From: Longimicrobiales bacterium
Lineage (GTDB): Bacteria; Gemmatimonadota; Gemmatimonadetes; Longimicrobiales; Gaopeijiaceae
DNA: 64,000 bases
Assembly: GCA_965249725.1 (NCBI GenBank)
Contig: CBDFMQ010000002.1
Coordinates: 96,001-160,000 of the forward strand
Direction: 5' to 3'
A program made the position numbers and the translations under genes. This document shows, one piece after another, positions 18,530 to 29,746 of this stretch. Within the stretch, counting starts at the first letter, position 1. Each line of letters opens with the position of its first letter. A model generated the notes under the pieces. That model saw nothing but the letters and a program-made list of their open reading frames with translations. It was not told the DNA's origin and made no database searches.

Positions 18530-20497
18530 CTAACTTCCTCCTAGTGTCACCCGTCCCCCGACATACAGCCCCCTACCCGGTGCACCGAACCCGAAGACCT
18601 CCTCATAAGACTCGTCGAACAGATTCTCACCGCGCAGCGTCAGCGTGAACCCGGGCCGGCCGCCCGTCGGTGCGACGAGCGTCACCTCGGCGCCGACGTC
18701 CACCACGGTGTGGGCCTCCAGCGTCACCGGCATTGCGGGGAACGATCGGAAGTCCCGATCCTCACGCGGGCCGATCCTTCTCGCGGTCACGCTCAGGCGC
18801 GAGCCGGATGACACCTGGTACGCACCGAACGCGTTCAACTGCGTCTCCGGTCGACGCAGAAGCGCGGCACCTTCGACGAACGTCGTTCCCTCACCCTCGT
18901 CGAAGCCCGCGTCCGACGTTTCGGTGTCGAGCCAGGTCAGGTCGGCCGACGCTCGCAGCGCTCCCATCGAGACGGCTGCTGCGACCTCGATCCCGCGGGC
19001 GGTCGCCGCGGCCGCGTTGAAATAGTTCGGATCCGTCGGATTGGGCGGGGCGAAGGTGTACTGAATCAGGTCGCGGAAGGACTGGTCGAAGTAGGTGGCC
19101 TGAAGATCCAGCGCGCCCGTGAACAGCTCCTGCTCGACGCCGACCTCCCAGGAGGTCGAACGTTCGGGCTCAAGGTCCGGATTTCCTCGCGCGAAACCCG
19201 AGGCGAAGTTCTCGAAGAATGTGGGTTCCTTGATGCCCCGGCCGGCAGCCCCGCGCAGGCGTCCCGTTTCGCTGAACGCGTATGCGGCGCCGATCTGCCA
19301 GGTCACGAACTCGCCGAAGCGCTCGTTGTCCTCCAGCCGCAACCCACCGTTTGCCGAGAGGGCGCCCGCGGCCGTCACGATGTGCCCGTACGCGCCGCGA
19401 TTCCAGCGGTCGTCGTCGCTCCGCCCGGTCGACGGCCCGAACTGGCTCAAGGACTCGCTGAAAGACCGCTGGGACTGATCCTCGAACTCGATTCCGAGGG
19501 TAGCGACGGTCGCGGCGCCGAAGGACAGATCAGCCCGCACATCAGCCGCGGTGCGGTTCACCGAGTTGAGGCTGGTGAAGCCGTAGAAACCGAGGGTGTC
19601 CGCGGGTCCGTCCGGAAGGTCGTCGCTGCCTCCGTCCACCTCGAATGACGTGAGGCGGGCCCGGATTTCCAGCCGGTCCGAGACGAGTCGGGACACATCC
19701 AGTGCGACAGACACTTCATCCTCGAAGGCCAACGCGTTCTCATCCACCACGTTGCCCGATCCGTCCGTGGGAAAGTGGTACTCCCGCTCGCCCGCCCGTA
19801 TCGAGAGGCGCGCGCTCGTCGCATCGTCGGGGCGCAGCGCTACGTTTCCGCTGAACACGGTGTTTTGGTGTGAGTTGTTGAAAGCCAGGATACCGTCGGT
19901 CCGAAGCCGGGACAGGGAAAAGGCGTACGAGGCGTCGTCGCTGCCTCCGGAAAGGTCGGCGGACAGATCCTGACGGCCGAAGCTACCGGCGCGGACGGCG
20001 ATCGACCCCCTCGGACCGCCCGAGCCCGCCCGGGTGATGACCTGGATCACGCCGCTCATCGCGTCGGAGCCGTACAGCGCGCTGGAGGGTCCACGCACGA
20101 CCTCGATCCGATCCACGTTCTCCGTGGTGAGGGATGCGAAATCATATGCACCGCCCGGCTGATTCACCTTCACGCCGTCGACGAGTACCTGGACATGATC
20201 GCTCTCGCCACCGCGCAGGAATACGGACGTGATGGCGCCGAACGATCCACCCTGCACGACGATCAGGCCCGGAACCTCACGCAGAGCGTCGAGCACCTGG
20301 GTCACACCCCGGGCCCGAAGATCGTCGCCCTCCACCACGGTGACGTGGGTGCCCAGGGCGCTCAGTGGGAGGGGGACCGGAGTCCCGGTCACGACCAGAC
20401 CCTCGAGCTCATAGATCGGAGGTGGTGGTGTCTGGGACAGAGCGGGGGCTGCGACCCCCAGGGAAGCCAGGACCAAAATGAAGCCAACGCGTAACAT
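18530..20497 (-). CDS. btuB: TonB-dependent cobalamin receptor (BtuB-like)
   Basis: LVVTGT TonB box, plug RIEVVRGPSSALYGSDA, GNPDLEPE, ENLFDESY; directly downstream of a cobalamin riboswitch. Confidence 0.88.
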   Translation of the reverse strand: MLRVGFILVLASLGVAAPALSQTPPPPIYELEGLVVTGTPVPLPLSALGTHVTVVEGDDLRARGVTQVLDALREVPGLIVVQGGSFGAITSVFLRGGESDHVQVLVDGVKVNQPGGAYDFASLTTENVDRIEVVRGPSSALYGSDAMSGVIQVITRAGSGGPRGSIAVRAGSFGRQDLSADLSGGSDDASYAFSLSRLRTDGILAFNNSHQNTVFSGNVALRPDDATSARLSIRAGEREYHFPTDGSGNVVDENALAFEDEVSVALDVSRLVSDRLEIRARLTSFEVDGGSDDLPDGPADTLGFYGFTSLNSVNRTAADVRADLSFGAATVATLGIEFEDQSQRSFSESLSQFGPSTGRSDDDRWNRGAYGHIVTAAGALSANGGLRLEDNERFGEFVTWQIGAAYAFSETGRLRGAAGRGIKEPTFFENFASGFARGNPDLEPERSTSWEVGVEQELFTGALDLQATYFDQSFRDLIQYTFAPPNPTDPNYFNAAAATARGIEVAAAVSMGALRASADLTWLDTETSDAGFDEGEGTTFVEGAALLRRPETQLNAFGAYQVSSGSRLSVTARRIGPREDRDFRSFPAMPVTLEAHTVVDVGAEVTLVAPTGGRPGFTLTLRGENLFDESYEEVFGFGAPGRGLYVGGRVTLGGS

Positions 20498-20662
20498 CTC
20501 GTCTCCTCGTCATCCCACCCGCGTGGGATCGGTGGCGGTCACACGAAGGCGAGATTCGAAGAGGCTCGAAACAAGAAGCCCCGTCCTCTCGAAATCTCGA
20601 AAGCACAGGGCACGAAGGCTTGTCGCCGAGTACGCCTGAGCCTCCCCTCGGAGACCTTGTGA

Positions 20663-20825
20663 GGCGCGGGGGGGACACGTCTACTGGCTCGAGGCCGTCG
20701 GTGTCGCCTTCCCAGGGATTCCCCCAGTGGCATCGTGACCCGACGTTCCGAGGCTCTAGCTCGGACCTCTCACAGTGGCGGGGCCGCGCCGGATTTGCAC
20801 CGGCTTCCGTATGGCCCACCCGCAT
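20663..20825 (-). promoter_or_regulatory. Cobalamin riboswitch
   Basis: Minus strand: GGAAGCCGGTGCAAATCCGGCGCGGCCCCGCCACTGT...GCCACTGGGGGAATCCCTGGGAAGGC...GAGCCAGTAGAC. Boundaries approximate. Confidence 0.92.
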
Positions 20826-21058
20826 GATTCAGTTGTGGAGCCATCATGATCGCGAGGCCCGGTCGAGTCAAGGTGGGGGGGGGTGGAGGGAGGAGTCTCA
20901 CCGGCAGACGAGCGCGTTTCACGTCGCTATATTTGAGTGTAGGTCCATGATCTGACCTGACAGGCGGGAGGCCGATATGTCCAGGCTCTTCCCAAACCCG
21001 CCCTCCCCGACACGACGTCGTTTGATCGCGCTAGCTGAGCCACATAGGTTCTCCCGCC

Positions 21059-23173
21059 ATGACCTCTGTCCGCACCCTGCAGGGGCGCCCCGGCGCCTGG
21101 ATGGCGTCCGCAGTGCTGTTGGGTGTTCTGACCCTCGCGAACTTTGCGGAAGTCCAAGGTCAACGCAGCGACGGGCCTGATCGCTCTCGATCGCTCCCCA
21201 GCACGATCGGGACCATGGGCCTGCCGGGTCTGGTCGCTATTCCCAACGCCGGCATGGTGTCCCCCGGATACGCACAACTCAACTACAACACCACACCCAC
21301 CTACGACGCGTTCGCTCCTGGAGCCATAGCGCGACAGTACAACATCCAGTTCGCGGTCGGGCTCTTCTCACGGTTGGTGATTTCGGGTAGAGGCTCCGAA
21401 GTCGTTGCATCTGGGCCCCTTCCCCCAAGGTTCGAACGGGGTCCGGACGGGGTCATCAGACAGGTCGAGTGGACTGCGCTGAGCCGCGATTTGTCCGCGA
21501 GTGCCCAGCTTCTCCTGCTCGAAGAGACACCGTTTCTCCCGGCCGTTGCCATCGGTGCCCAAGATTTCGGCGGGGCGGCCAACCACTTCGAGGCCCGCTA
21601 CGCGGTCGCGAGCAAGACACTGGCCGGTCGCATCAGGCTCACGGCAGGGTACGGTTGGGGCGATGATCTCCTGAAGGGCGCCTTCGGCGGAATCGAAGCG
21701 TCGCCGATTCCACAGGTGACCCTGGTAGGGGAATATGATGCGGAGCGCTTCAATGGAGGCCTGCGTCTCCAGCCGTTCCCCCAATCGTGGGTCGCTCGGG
21801 GTGCCCCCCGGCCGACGGTTGATGTGATATGGACCGAAGATGAGGGAGTCACGTGGGGGGTGTCGCTCCGTGCGGTGCTCGATCAGGACTGGATCGAGCG
21901 CGAGTCGCCCGGGACGGGCGGGCAAGGAGCGGAGGGGATGGGGGGGCCGGGTCCGGCCCACAGCGATCCGGGGACGGACGCCGTGGACATCCTGGCGCGT
22001 CTACTCGCGGAGGACGGCTTCGAGAACGTCCAGGTCTCGGTGCGTGAGGGTGACGTGCTGAGAGTCGAATACGAAAACCGACGCTACAACCAGCACGAAT
22101 TGGATGGCCTCGCTCGGGTACTGCGTATCGTGTCGCGAGGCGCGCCGGCCGGCACCGACAGCCTCCGCATCGTTCTGAAACGCACGAACCTCCGGCTACT
22201 GCAGATCGACGTGGCGAGCGCCGACCTTAGACGGTTCCTGGACGGAGCGATGAGCCCCGAGGCCTTCCAGGACCGCGTCTTGGTACGACACCCCGGGGCC
22301 ACTCGGTCGCTCGCGGGGCCGGCTTCTCGGTCCGTGAACTCGAGCTTCCTCAAGGCGGACCTGACGTTAAACCCCGGGATCGAGACCGTGGTCTTCTCCG
22401 ATTTCGGAGTGGCAGACGCCCGAGTCTCATTGCTGCCCAACCTCCGAATCGGCCTCTTCCGAGGAACGGTGCTGGAGGCCCAATACCGAATCCCTATCGG
22501 CCAGACCGAGAGCTATCAGAGGTTTGCCGGCCCTTTGCCGGATGCGGAGCTGGATCGGGCGCTACTTCATCACGCGGAGTGGTGGTCGTTGACCGACCGC
22601 GCCGCATTGGCTGCCCAATGGAGTGTCGGACGCTTCGATATCGACAATGTCGGCGTTCGGCAGGAAGCCTCGCTCAGCCTCCTCGGTGGACTCGTCAGGC
22701 TGGGAGCCGACGTTGCGGCCCTGGGGGACAGCAAAGACGAACTCGATCGCTGGCTGGCACTAGGGAGCGCTCGTCTGCACGTTCCCGCGGTTGACACCCG
22801 GCTGACGGTAACCGCCGGACGCTTCCTCGATGAGGACGACGGCGTGGCCGTCGATCTCAGCAGGTTCTTTGCCGACACCGAGATCGGTGTGTTCCTCCGC
22901 CATTCCGGTGAGGGATCTCTAGCGGGTATGCGGATTGCGCTTCCCCTGACGTTCGGGAAGGACCTTCGGCCGAGTCGCCTTCGACTTCGGACCCCGGCGG
23001 AATGGCGGTACCAGCAGCAAACGGTCGTATTCGCGGACCGAAACGTCCTCCGTCGTGACATCGCCCGCGGCCTTCCATCTCAGTACGGGCTCGCCCAGAG
23101 CTACCTCGACCGGGATCGCCTCCACCCGGCCGCAGTGGACGCTGCGCTGACCAATGCTCGCTTTTGGAGGTAG
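21059..23173 (+). CDS. YjbH/GfcD-domain outer-membrane protein
   Basis: MGLPGLVAIPNA, QLLLLEE..LPAVAIGAQDFGG, YAVASK, VEYENRRY, GRFLDEDDG. Start may be 21101. Confidence 0.8.
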   Translation: MTSVRTLQGRPGAWMASAVLLGVLTLANFAEVQGQRSDGPDRSRSLPSTIGTMGLPGLVAIPNAGMVSPGYAQLNYNTTPTYDAFAPGAIARQYNIQFAVGLFSRLVISGRGSEVVASGPLPPRFERGPDGVIRQVEWTALSRDLSASAQLLLLEETPFLPAVAIGAQDFGGAANHFEARYAVASKTLAGRIRLTAGYGWGDDLLKGAFGGIEASPIPQVTLVGEYDAERFNGGLRLQPFPQSWVARGAPRPTVDVIWTEDEGVTWGVSLRAVLDQDWIERESPGTGGQGAEGMGGPGPAHSDPGTDAVDILARLLAEDGFENVQVSVREGDVLRVEYENRRYNQHELDGLARVLRIVSRGAPAGTDSLRIVLKRTNLRLLQIDVASADLRRFLDGAMSPEAFQDRVLVRHPGATRSLAGPASRSVNSSFLKADLTLNPGIETVVFSDFGVADARVSLLPNLRIGLFRGTVLEAQYRIPIGQTESYQRFAGPLPDAELDRALLHHAEWWSLTDRAALAAQWSVGRFDIDNVGVRQEASLSLLGGLVRLGADVAALGDSKDELDRWLALGSARLHVPAVDTRLTVTAGRFLDEDDGVAVDLSRFFADTEIGVFLRHSGEGSLAGMRIALPLTFGKDLRPSRLRLRTPAEWRYQQQTVVFADRNVLRRDIARGLPSQYGLAQSYLDRDRLHPAAVDAALTNARFWR

Positions 23174-23314
23174 AGGAGGGCCGGTGCACCCCCGACGACA
23201 CGGATTCGCGGCGGGCCTGCACAAACGCATTGATCGCGGGGGAGCCTCACTGCACTTTGGGAGCTTGTACTATGCCCTCCTCGTGTTAGGCCCTCAGTTA
23301 CCGGAGATGGTTAC

Positions 23315-23958
<644 letters not shown>

Positions 23959-23987
23959 CGGAAGCCGGGTCTAGCGCCAAACACCCG

Positions 23988-24027
23988 AGAGGCGGGAGGG
24001 GACATCCCCTCCCGCCTCTTTCTTTTT
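23988..24027 (+). terminator. Rho-independent terminator
   Basis: 14-bp perfect stem AGAGGCGGGAGGGG-ACAT-CCCCTCCCGCCTCT followed by a T-rich tract. Confidence 0.9.
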
Positions 24028-24301
24028 GGGCAGCGTCCCGCTCGAAATCGGCGCGGAGCTGGGGCTGCAAATACCTTACGAAATAATGCATGGCACCATA
24101 GGGTATACGTGACCTAGGCCGGTTCGTTGGCATACTCGGGATGGGGAGGACGACGGGATGACCGCCACACACCACTTGCGACACGCGGCACGCAGCCTAG
24201 CACGAGCGCCCGGCTATTCGGCGGCGTTCATACCGGCGCGCCGCGCGACTCTGGTTCATCCGGTACAGGCTCTCAAGGCCGAATGAACGCAGCCTGACCG
24301 G

Positions 24302-24924
24302 GTGAGCCATTCCTCCCGTTATCCCGTCCGGCCCGCATCCACCGGGTCGAGGAGACCATCCGGCGCAGCCGCTTCATCACCACCGCGGCGCACGCCCCCG
24401 ACGCCGAGGCCGCCCACTCGTTCGTCGGCCGTATGCGTGAGGAGTTTCCGGATGCGACCCACAACTGCTGGGCGTTCGTCGCGGGGCCTCCGGGGAGCAT
24501 GACCCACATCGGGATGAGCGACGACGGGGAGCCCCACGGCACCGCCGGCCGGCCGATGCTCACCTCGCTCCTGCACGGCGACATCGGTGAGATCGTCGCC
24601 GTGTGCACCCGCTACTACGGGGGCGTGAAGCTGGGCACCGGAGGACTCTCCCGTGCCTACTCGGGTGGGGTCAAACTCGTACTCGAGTCGCTTCCTACGG
24701 AGGAGAGGGTCGACCGCATAAGGGTCGAGGTGACCATCGCGTACGCTGAGGTGGATGCGGTACAGCGGCTCTTCGACGAGATGGATGTCGAGATCGAGTC
24801 CGAGGACTACGGCGCCGAGGTCCGGTATGTGTGCGGCGTGCCGGAGCCCGCGCTAGCGAGCTTCCGGGCGGCCATCGCCGACGCCACCCGAGGTGCGGGC
24901 AGCGTAAGCGACGTAGCCGAGTAG
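24302..24924 (+). pseudogene. yigZ: YigZ/IMPACT family protein with apparent 1-nt frameshift at ~24329
   Basis: IRRSRFI, DATHNCWAF, SDDGEPHGTAG, TRYYGGVKLGTGGL. The conserved frame has no start before the stop at 24295; one extra C links it to GTG 24302. Confidence 0.8.
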
Positions 24925-24950
24925 CTCTGCTCGGTGAGCTGTGGCGCTGC

Positions 24951-26246
24951 TTAGTGCTCCCAGTTCGCGAAGGGCTCCTCGAGTGACGAACTCTGCGGCG
25001 TGAACAGCTTGGCACCGTCGTCCGTGATGTACATGCAGTCCTCGAGCCGGACGCCGAACTCGCCGGGAATATAGATCCCGGGCTCATCACTGAACGTGTT
25101 GCCGGGCTTCAGCGGGACCTTGTTGCCCTTCACCAGGTAGGGCCACTCGTGCCCGTCCATACCGATGCCGTGGCCGACCCGATGCGTGAAGTACTTGTAG
25201 CCGGGTCCGTAGCCGGCGTCCTCGATGACCTTCCGGGCGGCTCCATCCACCTCTTCTGGAAGGACGCCAGGAGCCGCTTTCTCGAAGGCGGCCGTCTGGG
25301 CCCTGTACTCGATCTCGAAGACCTTCTTCATTTTGTCGGTAGGCTTGCCCAGCACGAACGTCCGGCTCATGTCGGAGCGGTATCCCTCCACACCGCAGCC
25401 GCCGTCGATGAGCAGAATGGTGCCCTCGCGGATCACCTGCCGCGTCACGGAGCCGTGCGGGAGGGCGGACCATTCTCCGGTCTGCACACCGGCACTGCCG
25501 GGGAAGCCGAGCTTGTCGTGGGCCTGCGCCACCAGGGCGCGGAAGTCCCGCTGGGTCATGCCCTCTTCCATGGCGAGATAGGCGGCCTTGTACGCGGTGA
25601 GCGTCACCTCGTTTGCGAGCTGCATCAACTCGATCTCGTGCTCGTCCTTCACTCCGCGGCATCCGGCCGTGACTCCAGTCGCGTCCACGACCTCGAGCGC
25701 TGGGGCGGCCGTGGCGATCCCGTTGCTGAACCGGAACTGCATGGTCTCTTCGGTGCCGACCCTGCCGGTCGAGATGCCCCGGTCCTTCAACCCCTGAGCG
25801 ACCCGCTCGTAGGGGCTCTCGTGTTCCTCCCAGGTATAGACGTCGGCTCCGCCCAATGGACCGAGAGCGAGCTGCTCACGGGCGCGGTCTTCCTCGAAGG
25901 CGGGGCACACCACGAACGCGTCGCCGCCCACGGGAATCACGACCGAAAAGAGCCGTTCTCCCCCACCCCAGCGGATGCTGGTGAAGTAGACCATGGACGT
26001 CCCGCCGGTGAGCGCGAGGGCCGACAGGCCCTGCTCCCGCATCAGGCGCTTCGCCTGTTCGACACGGCCCGCCCGCTCGGCGGTGGTGATCGGTCGCGCC
26101 CGGTCCGCCCAAGAACTGAGCCGCGCGATCGAAGGGGGAACCGCCTGCTGCGTGGTGTCGGCTGCGAGGAGGGTGTCGGGTCGGGTCAGCCCCGCGCCAG
26201 CCGCTGCCGCGGTGGAGGTTCCGAGAAAGTGACGTCGAGAGATCAT
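24951..26246 (-). CDS. Xaa-Pro peptidase (M24) with Tat signal
   Basis: SRRHFL; DGGC..GYRSD, HRVGHGIG, EPGIY, GVRLED. Confidence 0.92.
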   Translation of the reverse strand: MISRRHFLGTSTAAAAGAGLTRPDTLLAADTTQQAVPPSIARLSSWADRARPITTAERAGRVEQAKRLMREQGLSALALTGGTSMVYFTSIRWGGGERLFSVVIPVGGDAFVVCPAFEEDRAREQLALGPLGGADVYTWEEHESPYERVAQGLKDRGISTGRVGTEETMQFRFSNGIATAAPALEVVDATGVTAGCRGVKDEHEIELMQLANEVTLTAYKAAYLAMEEGMTQRDFRALVAQAHDKLGFPGSAGVQTGEWSALPHGSVTRQVIREGTILLIDGGCGVEGYRSDMSRTFVLGKPTDKMKKVFEIEYRAQTAAFEKAAPGVLPEEVDGAARKVIEDAGYGPGYKYFTHRVGHGIGMDGHEWPYLVKGNKVPLKPGNTFSDEPGIYIPGEFGVRLEDCMYITDDGAKLFTPQSSSLEEPFANWEH

Positions 26247-26406
26247 GAAGTCGCTCCGTTGTGGTCCGTAATGAAGCGAGAATCATACGTGGTGAGGGGG
26301 AATGCCACCACGATCGATCCTGGAACGGCAAAAGGGGTGCGCCTGCCGTCCATGTCCGTGAGGACAGGGGCGGCCGGACGCACCCCGGTGATGCGCTTCT
26401 TCAGGT

Positions 26407-27264
26407 CTACAGCGTAATGACCAGGGTCAGTGTGAGCACGGTATCCAGCTCTTCACCGGGGGTCAGCACGTCGCCACCGGTGGGGACGCCGCCGGTGACG
26501 AGGGGGACGCTGACGAGCGAGGGAAGGTTGTCCCAAAGGAGCTGAACGGACGTCTTCAACGCGAGCGCAGAGTTCATCGATACCGAGAGGGAGTTGAGCC
26601 AGTCGGCACGAAAGTCCTCTGAATCCTTGAGACTGTTGTCCACGATCAGCACAGAGGTGAAGTTCGCCGTTTCCGAGAGCTTCCTCATCGCGTCGACGGA
26701 CACTCGCCAACCGCCGAATCCGTCGTCGGCCCCCGGGGTGGGGTCCACATCTTTCTGAATCGTATAGGTAACGCCCACGTCGGTCTTGAAGCGTGAGTTG
26801 TCTGAGTCGACCCAGGCTCTTCCGACTCCAGTAGAGAGCGCGTATCGGTTTTGGATGCCTGCGAAAGTGTTTCGGTCCCACCCGGCTCCGCCGAAGAAGA
26901 AGGCGCTGCCGAACGTCCGATCGTACCGGCCCCGCCCGAAGTAGCTCTCCGCCGTGAGCTCTGAAGTCGACACCTCGCTGACCGTGAAACTCGAGGCGGT
27001 GCCGTTCGCCGTTCGAGCGGTGCGGTTGGTCTCCGCCCGAATTCCACCGACCTCGAGCTTCACGGAGTTGGCGGCGCCGGTCCCGGCCAGGGTGGTCTTG
27101 AGCCCGAGAGTGCTTGACGACGCGTTGCCGCCGGTGGACACGAAACTCAGCTCGGTGGCGAGGTTCCAAGTGAAGCCGTCCGTCGTGTCCTGAGCGCTGC
27201 CCGAGATGGGGTGCGATGCGAGGGTAAGTGCTATGCCCAGGAACGGCATGAGGTTCTTCGTCAT
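26407..27264 (-). CDS. DUF481-like outer-membrane beta-barrel
   Basis: Signal peptide; TGGNA, WDRNTFAGI, ALKTS..WDNLP. Confidence 0.7.
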   Translation of the reverse strand: MTKNLMPFLGIALTLASHPISGSAQDTTDGFTWNLATELSFVSTGGNASSSTLGLKTTLAGTGAANSVKLEVGGIRAETNRTARTANGTASSFTVSEVSTSELTAESYFGRGRYDRTFGSAFFFGGAGWDRNTFAGIQNRYALSTGVGRAWVDSDNSRFKTDVGVTYTIQKDVDPTPGADDGFGGWRVSVDAMRKLSETANFTSVLIVDNSLKDSEDFRADWLNSLSVSMNSALALKTSVQLLWDNLPSLVSVPLVTGGVPTGGDVLTPGEELDTVLTLTLVITL

Positions 27265-27476
27265 GTGACGCTCTCTGCGTGTTGGGGGTAGTACGGCCTC
27301 TGTCCAATTGACAATCTGGCTACAAAAAAGTCACACTGAGTTCCCGACCGGCTTGTTCGCGTCTAGAGTGGCCCGTACTCTGGATTCTCCAGGGACGCCT
27401 CGCCCCTTACGCCTTTCCGTCGACGCAATCGACCGGTGGTGGGGTGCACGCGGTCTCGACGCCATGGAGTGTTGTG

Positions 27477-28382
27477 ATGCAGCCACTGGAGCCGGAACGG
27501 CTCAATCAAGAGTGGCGGGTGCACCGTGCCAACGACGAATGGAAGGCGCGAGGGAGCACCCGACTGGTATGGTCGTGTGTTGCCGCCATGGCTGCCCACC
27601 TGGCGATCATTGCCATGGGACCCGAATGGGAGATCCGTACTCCTGCGCTCGATCCCGAGTTGGAGGCCTACCAGATGGCCTGGATCTCCCTCTTCGCTCC
27701 ACCCTCCAGCGGCAGAGGCGCATCACCGGGCGCCACTCCGGTGGTCCGCGCCGCGGATTCGGTCACGGCGTCGTCGGATGTCGGTGAGGGATCGGACGGG
27801 GCACAGATGTCGATGGAGGAGTACTCGGCGGCGATCCGCCAACGCCTGCTCCGTAGGGGAGGACCGGTGCCGACGCTCGCCGAGCCCGAACCGGAGCCTG
27901 AGCCCGAGCCCGAGCCCGAGCCCCAGCAGAGCCTGACTGCCGAGGCCCAGCAAGATGGTGGCGGAGACGCCGAGAACACTCCCTCCATCGGTGGAGATGC
28001 CTCTACTGTGGGCCTCTCGGGGTTGCCGGAGGCAACGTCTATGGACTTGGCCCGCTTGGCGGCCATTAGCCCCGACATCGTTCTTGCCGGCTCAGAAGCC
28101 TGGGTGCTGGTCATGAATCCCCGCGAGGTGCTGCGCTACATGCGCGACAGCTTCAGCCGGCAGAGCCTGGAAATGGATGTGAGTGGCTCGGTGAGCGTGG
28201 TCCTCTTCATCGACGAGCAGGGTTCGGTCGAAATGGCGGAGATCGGCAAGTCCAGTGGAATCCCCGACATCGACGAGATCTTTCTCAGGCTGTTCAACGA
28301 GGTCGTGGCATTCAGACCAGCTCGGGATCGAGGGGTTCCGGTGCCCAGATCCGCCGTCTTCGAGGTACCGTTCCCTTGGTAG
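27477..28382 (+). CDS. tonB: Energy transducer TonB family protein
   Basis: N-terminal TM, (EP)n tract, C-terminal G.V.V.LFIDEQGSV...SSG...F.PA...GVPV. Confidence 0.8.
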   Translation: MQPLEPERLNQEWRVHRANDEWKARGSTRLVWSCVAAMAAHLAIIAMGPEWEIRTPALDPELEAYQMAWISLFAPPSSGRGASPGATPVVRAADSVTASSDVGEGSDGAQMSMEEYSAAIRQRLLRRGGPVPTLAEPEPEPEPEPEPEPQQSLTAEAQQDGGGDAENTPSIGGDASTVGLSGLPEATSMDLARLAAISPDIVLAGSEAWVLVMNPREVLRYMRDSFSRQSLEMDVSGSVSVVLFIDEQGSVEMAEIGKSSGIPDIDEIFLRLFNEVVAFRPARDRGVPVPRSAVFEVPFPW

Positions 28383-29746
28383 GGCGGGGCCTTTGGGTCT
28401 GTGTCGCGATGTTCGTGATCGGGGCCTGTGCCACACCGGTAGCGGGTCCTCCGGAACCGGTGGTATCGCCGACGGGGGTCCGGTACGAACTCGGCACGCC
28501 TCCAATGGATACCCGCTTTTCTCAGACTGCGGCACTCCACCTCCGTCAGGGCCGCATCGCCCGAGCGCTTGAGTTGGCCGAGGAGGGAATCGCGGACGAT
28601 CCGGAGAATCCCATCCACCATTTCATGGCGGGCCAGGCTCAAGTTCGCCTCGGTGAGTACGACGATGCCGATGGGATGTTCATTGAGGCCCAGCGCCTCT
28701 ATCCGGGCTACGAGGTCGACGTCGAACTCGAGCGCGAGGCGGCCTGGGCCGAGGCGTTCAACGAGGGAGGTCAGGCGTACGCGGAGGGCGATCTTGAGCG
28801 CACCATCGAGGCGTGGGCCAAGGCGGTCGTCATCTTCGATCTTCGCCCCGAGGCGCATCGAAACCTCGCGAGCTTGCTCACCGGCGAGGGGCGATATGAG
28901 GAGGCGATCGCGGCGTATCAGGGTGGCCTCGCCGGCCTCGCCAGGCCGCCTGTCACTCGTGTGCTCGAGCCCGACGAGGTAGCGCGCCGGGCAGAACAGA
29001 AGATCGCCATGGAAGAGAGCGTCGCCCCTCTCCTGCTATTCACCGAGCGATTCGCGGAGGCCGAGGTGTTGTTCCGCAACCAGCTTGCCCGCGATCCGAC
29101 CAGCACGCAGCTGCAGGGAGACCTGGCCGCTGCTCTCAGGGGGCAAGGCAGGCTGGAGGAGGCCTCCGCGATCTATACGACTCTGCTATCGGCCGGCGAG
29201 CTACAAGCGTCCGAGCTCTTCAACCTGGGCATCGCTCTGTTTCGCTCCTCCGACTTCCGGGCGGCAGGTCAGGCGTTCGAGCGGCTGACCCGTCTTCAGC
29301 CCATGTCCCGCGATGCGTGGTTCAATTACGCCAACGCGTTGTTCGCCGATGAGGCGTGGAGTGCGTTGGCTCTGGTCGGCGATCGCTTGGTTGCATTGGA
29401 TCCCCTTGGCGAGAACGCTGGACTGATTACGGCGCGGGCGTATCTGGAGAGCGGCGACCAAGATGCCGCACTCCGTGCCCTCGAGCGAACCGAGTCGACT
29501 TCGATCTATCTGGAGGGACTACTCATGAGGCCGTCCGACGCGGAGACGGTCGTCCAGGGGCGTGTCGTTGGGAACCTGGCGGCGCCGGGGACCACAGTTC
29601 GGCTCCGATTCACCTTCTATGGCGACGAAGGAGAGCTGGGAGTGAGAAGCGTCACGGTCACTGCCCCTCCGCCCGACGAGAGTACCGGATTCGAGGTCTC
29701 GCTCGGCACCCGGGCCACGGGCTACCGATACGAGGCGATTCCCTAG
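28376..29746 (+). CDS. Tetratricopeptide-repeat lipoprotein
   Basis: Lipobox IGAC; several TPR-like helices (AHRNLA, LFNLGIAL, AWFNYA); overlaps the tonB stop. Confidence 0.8.
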   Translation: MVGRGLWVCVAMFVIGACATPVAGPPEPVVSPTGVRYELGTPPMDTRFSQTAALHLRQGRIARALELAEEGIADDPENPIHHFMAGQAQVRLGEYDDADGMFIEAQRLYPGYEVDVELEREAAWAEAFNEGGQAYAEGDLERTIEAWAKAVVIFDLRPEAHRNLASLLTGEGRYEEAIAAYQGGLAGLARPPVTRVLEPDEVARRAEQKIAMEESVAPLLLFTERFAEAEVLFRNQLARDPTSTQLQGDLAAALRGQGRLEEASAIYTTLLSAGELQASELFNLGIALFRSSDFRAAGQAFERLTRLQPMSRDAWFNYANALFADEAWSALALVGDRLVALDPLGENAGLITARAYLESGDQDAALRALERTESTSIYLEGLLMRPSDAETVVQGRVVGNLAAPGTTVRLRFTFYGDEGELGVRSVTVTAPPPDESTGFEVSLGTRATGYRYEAIP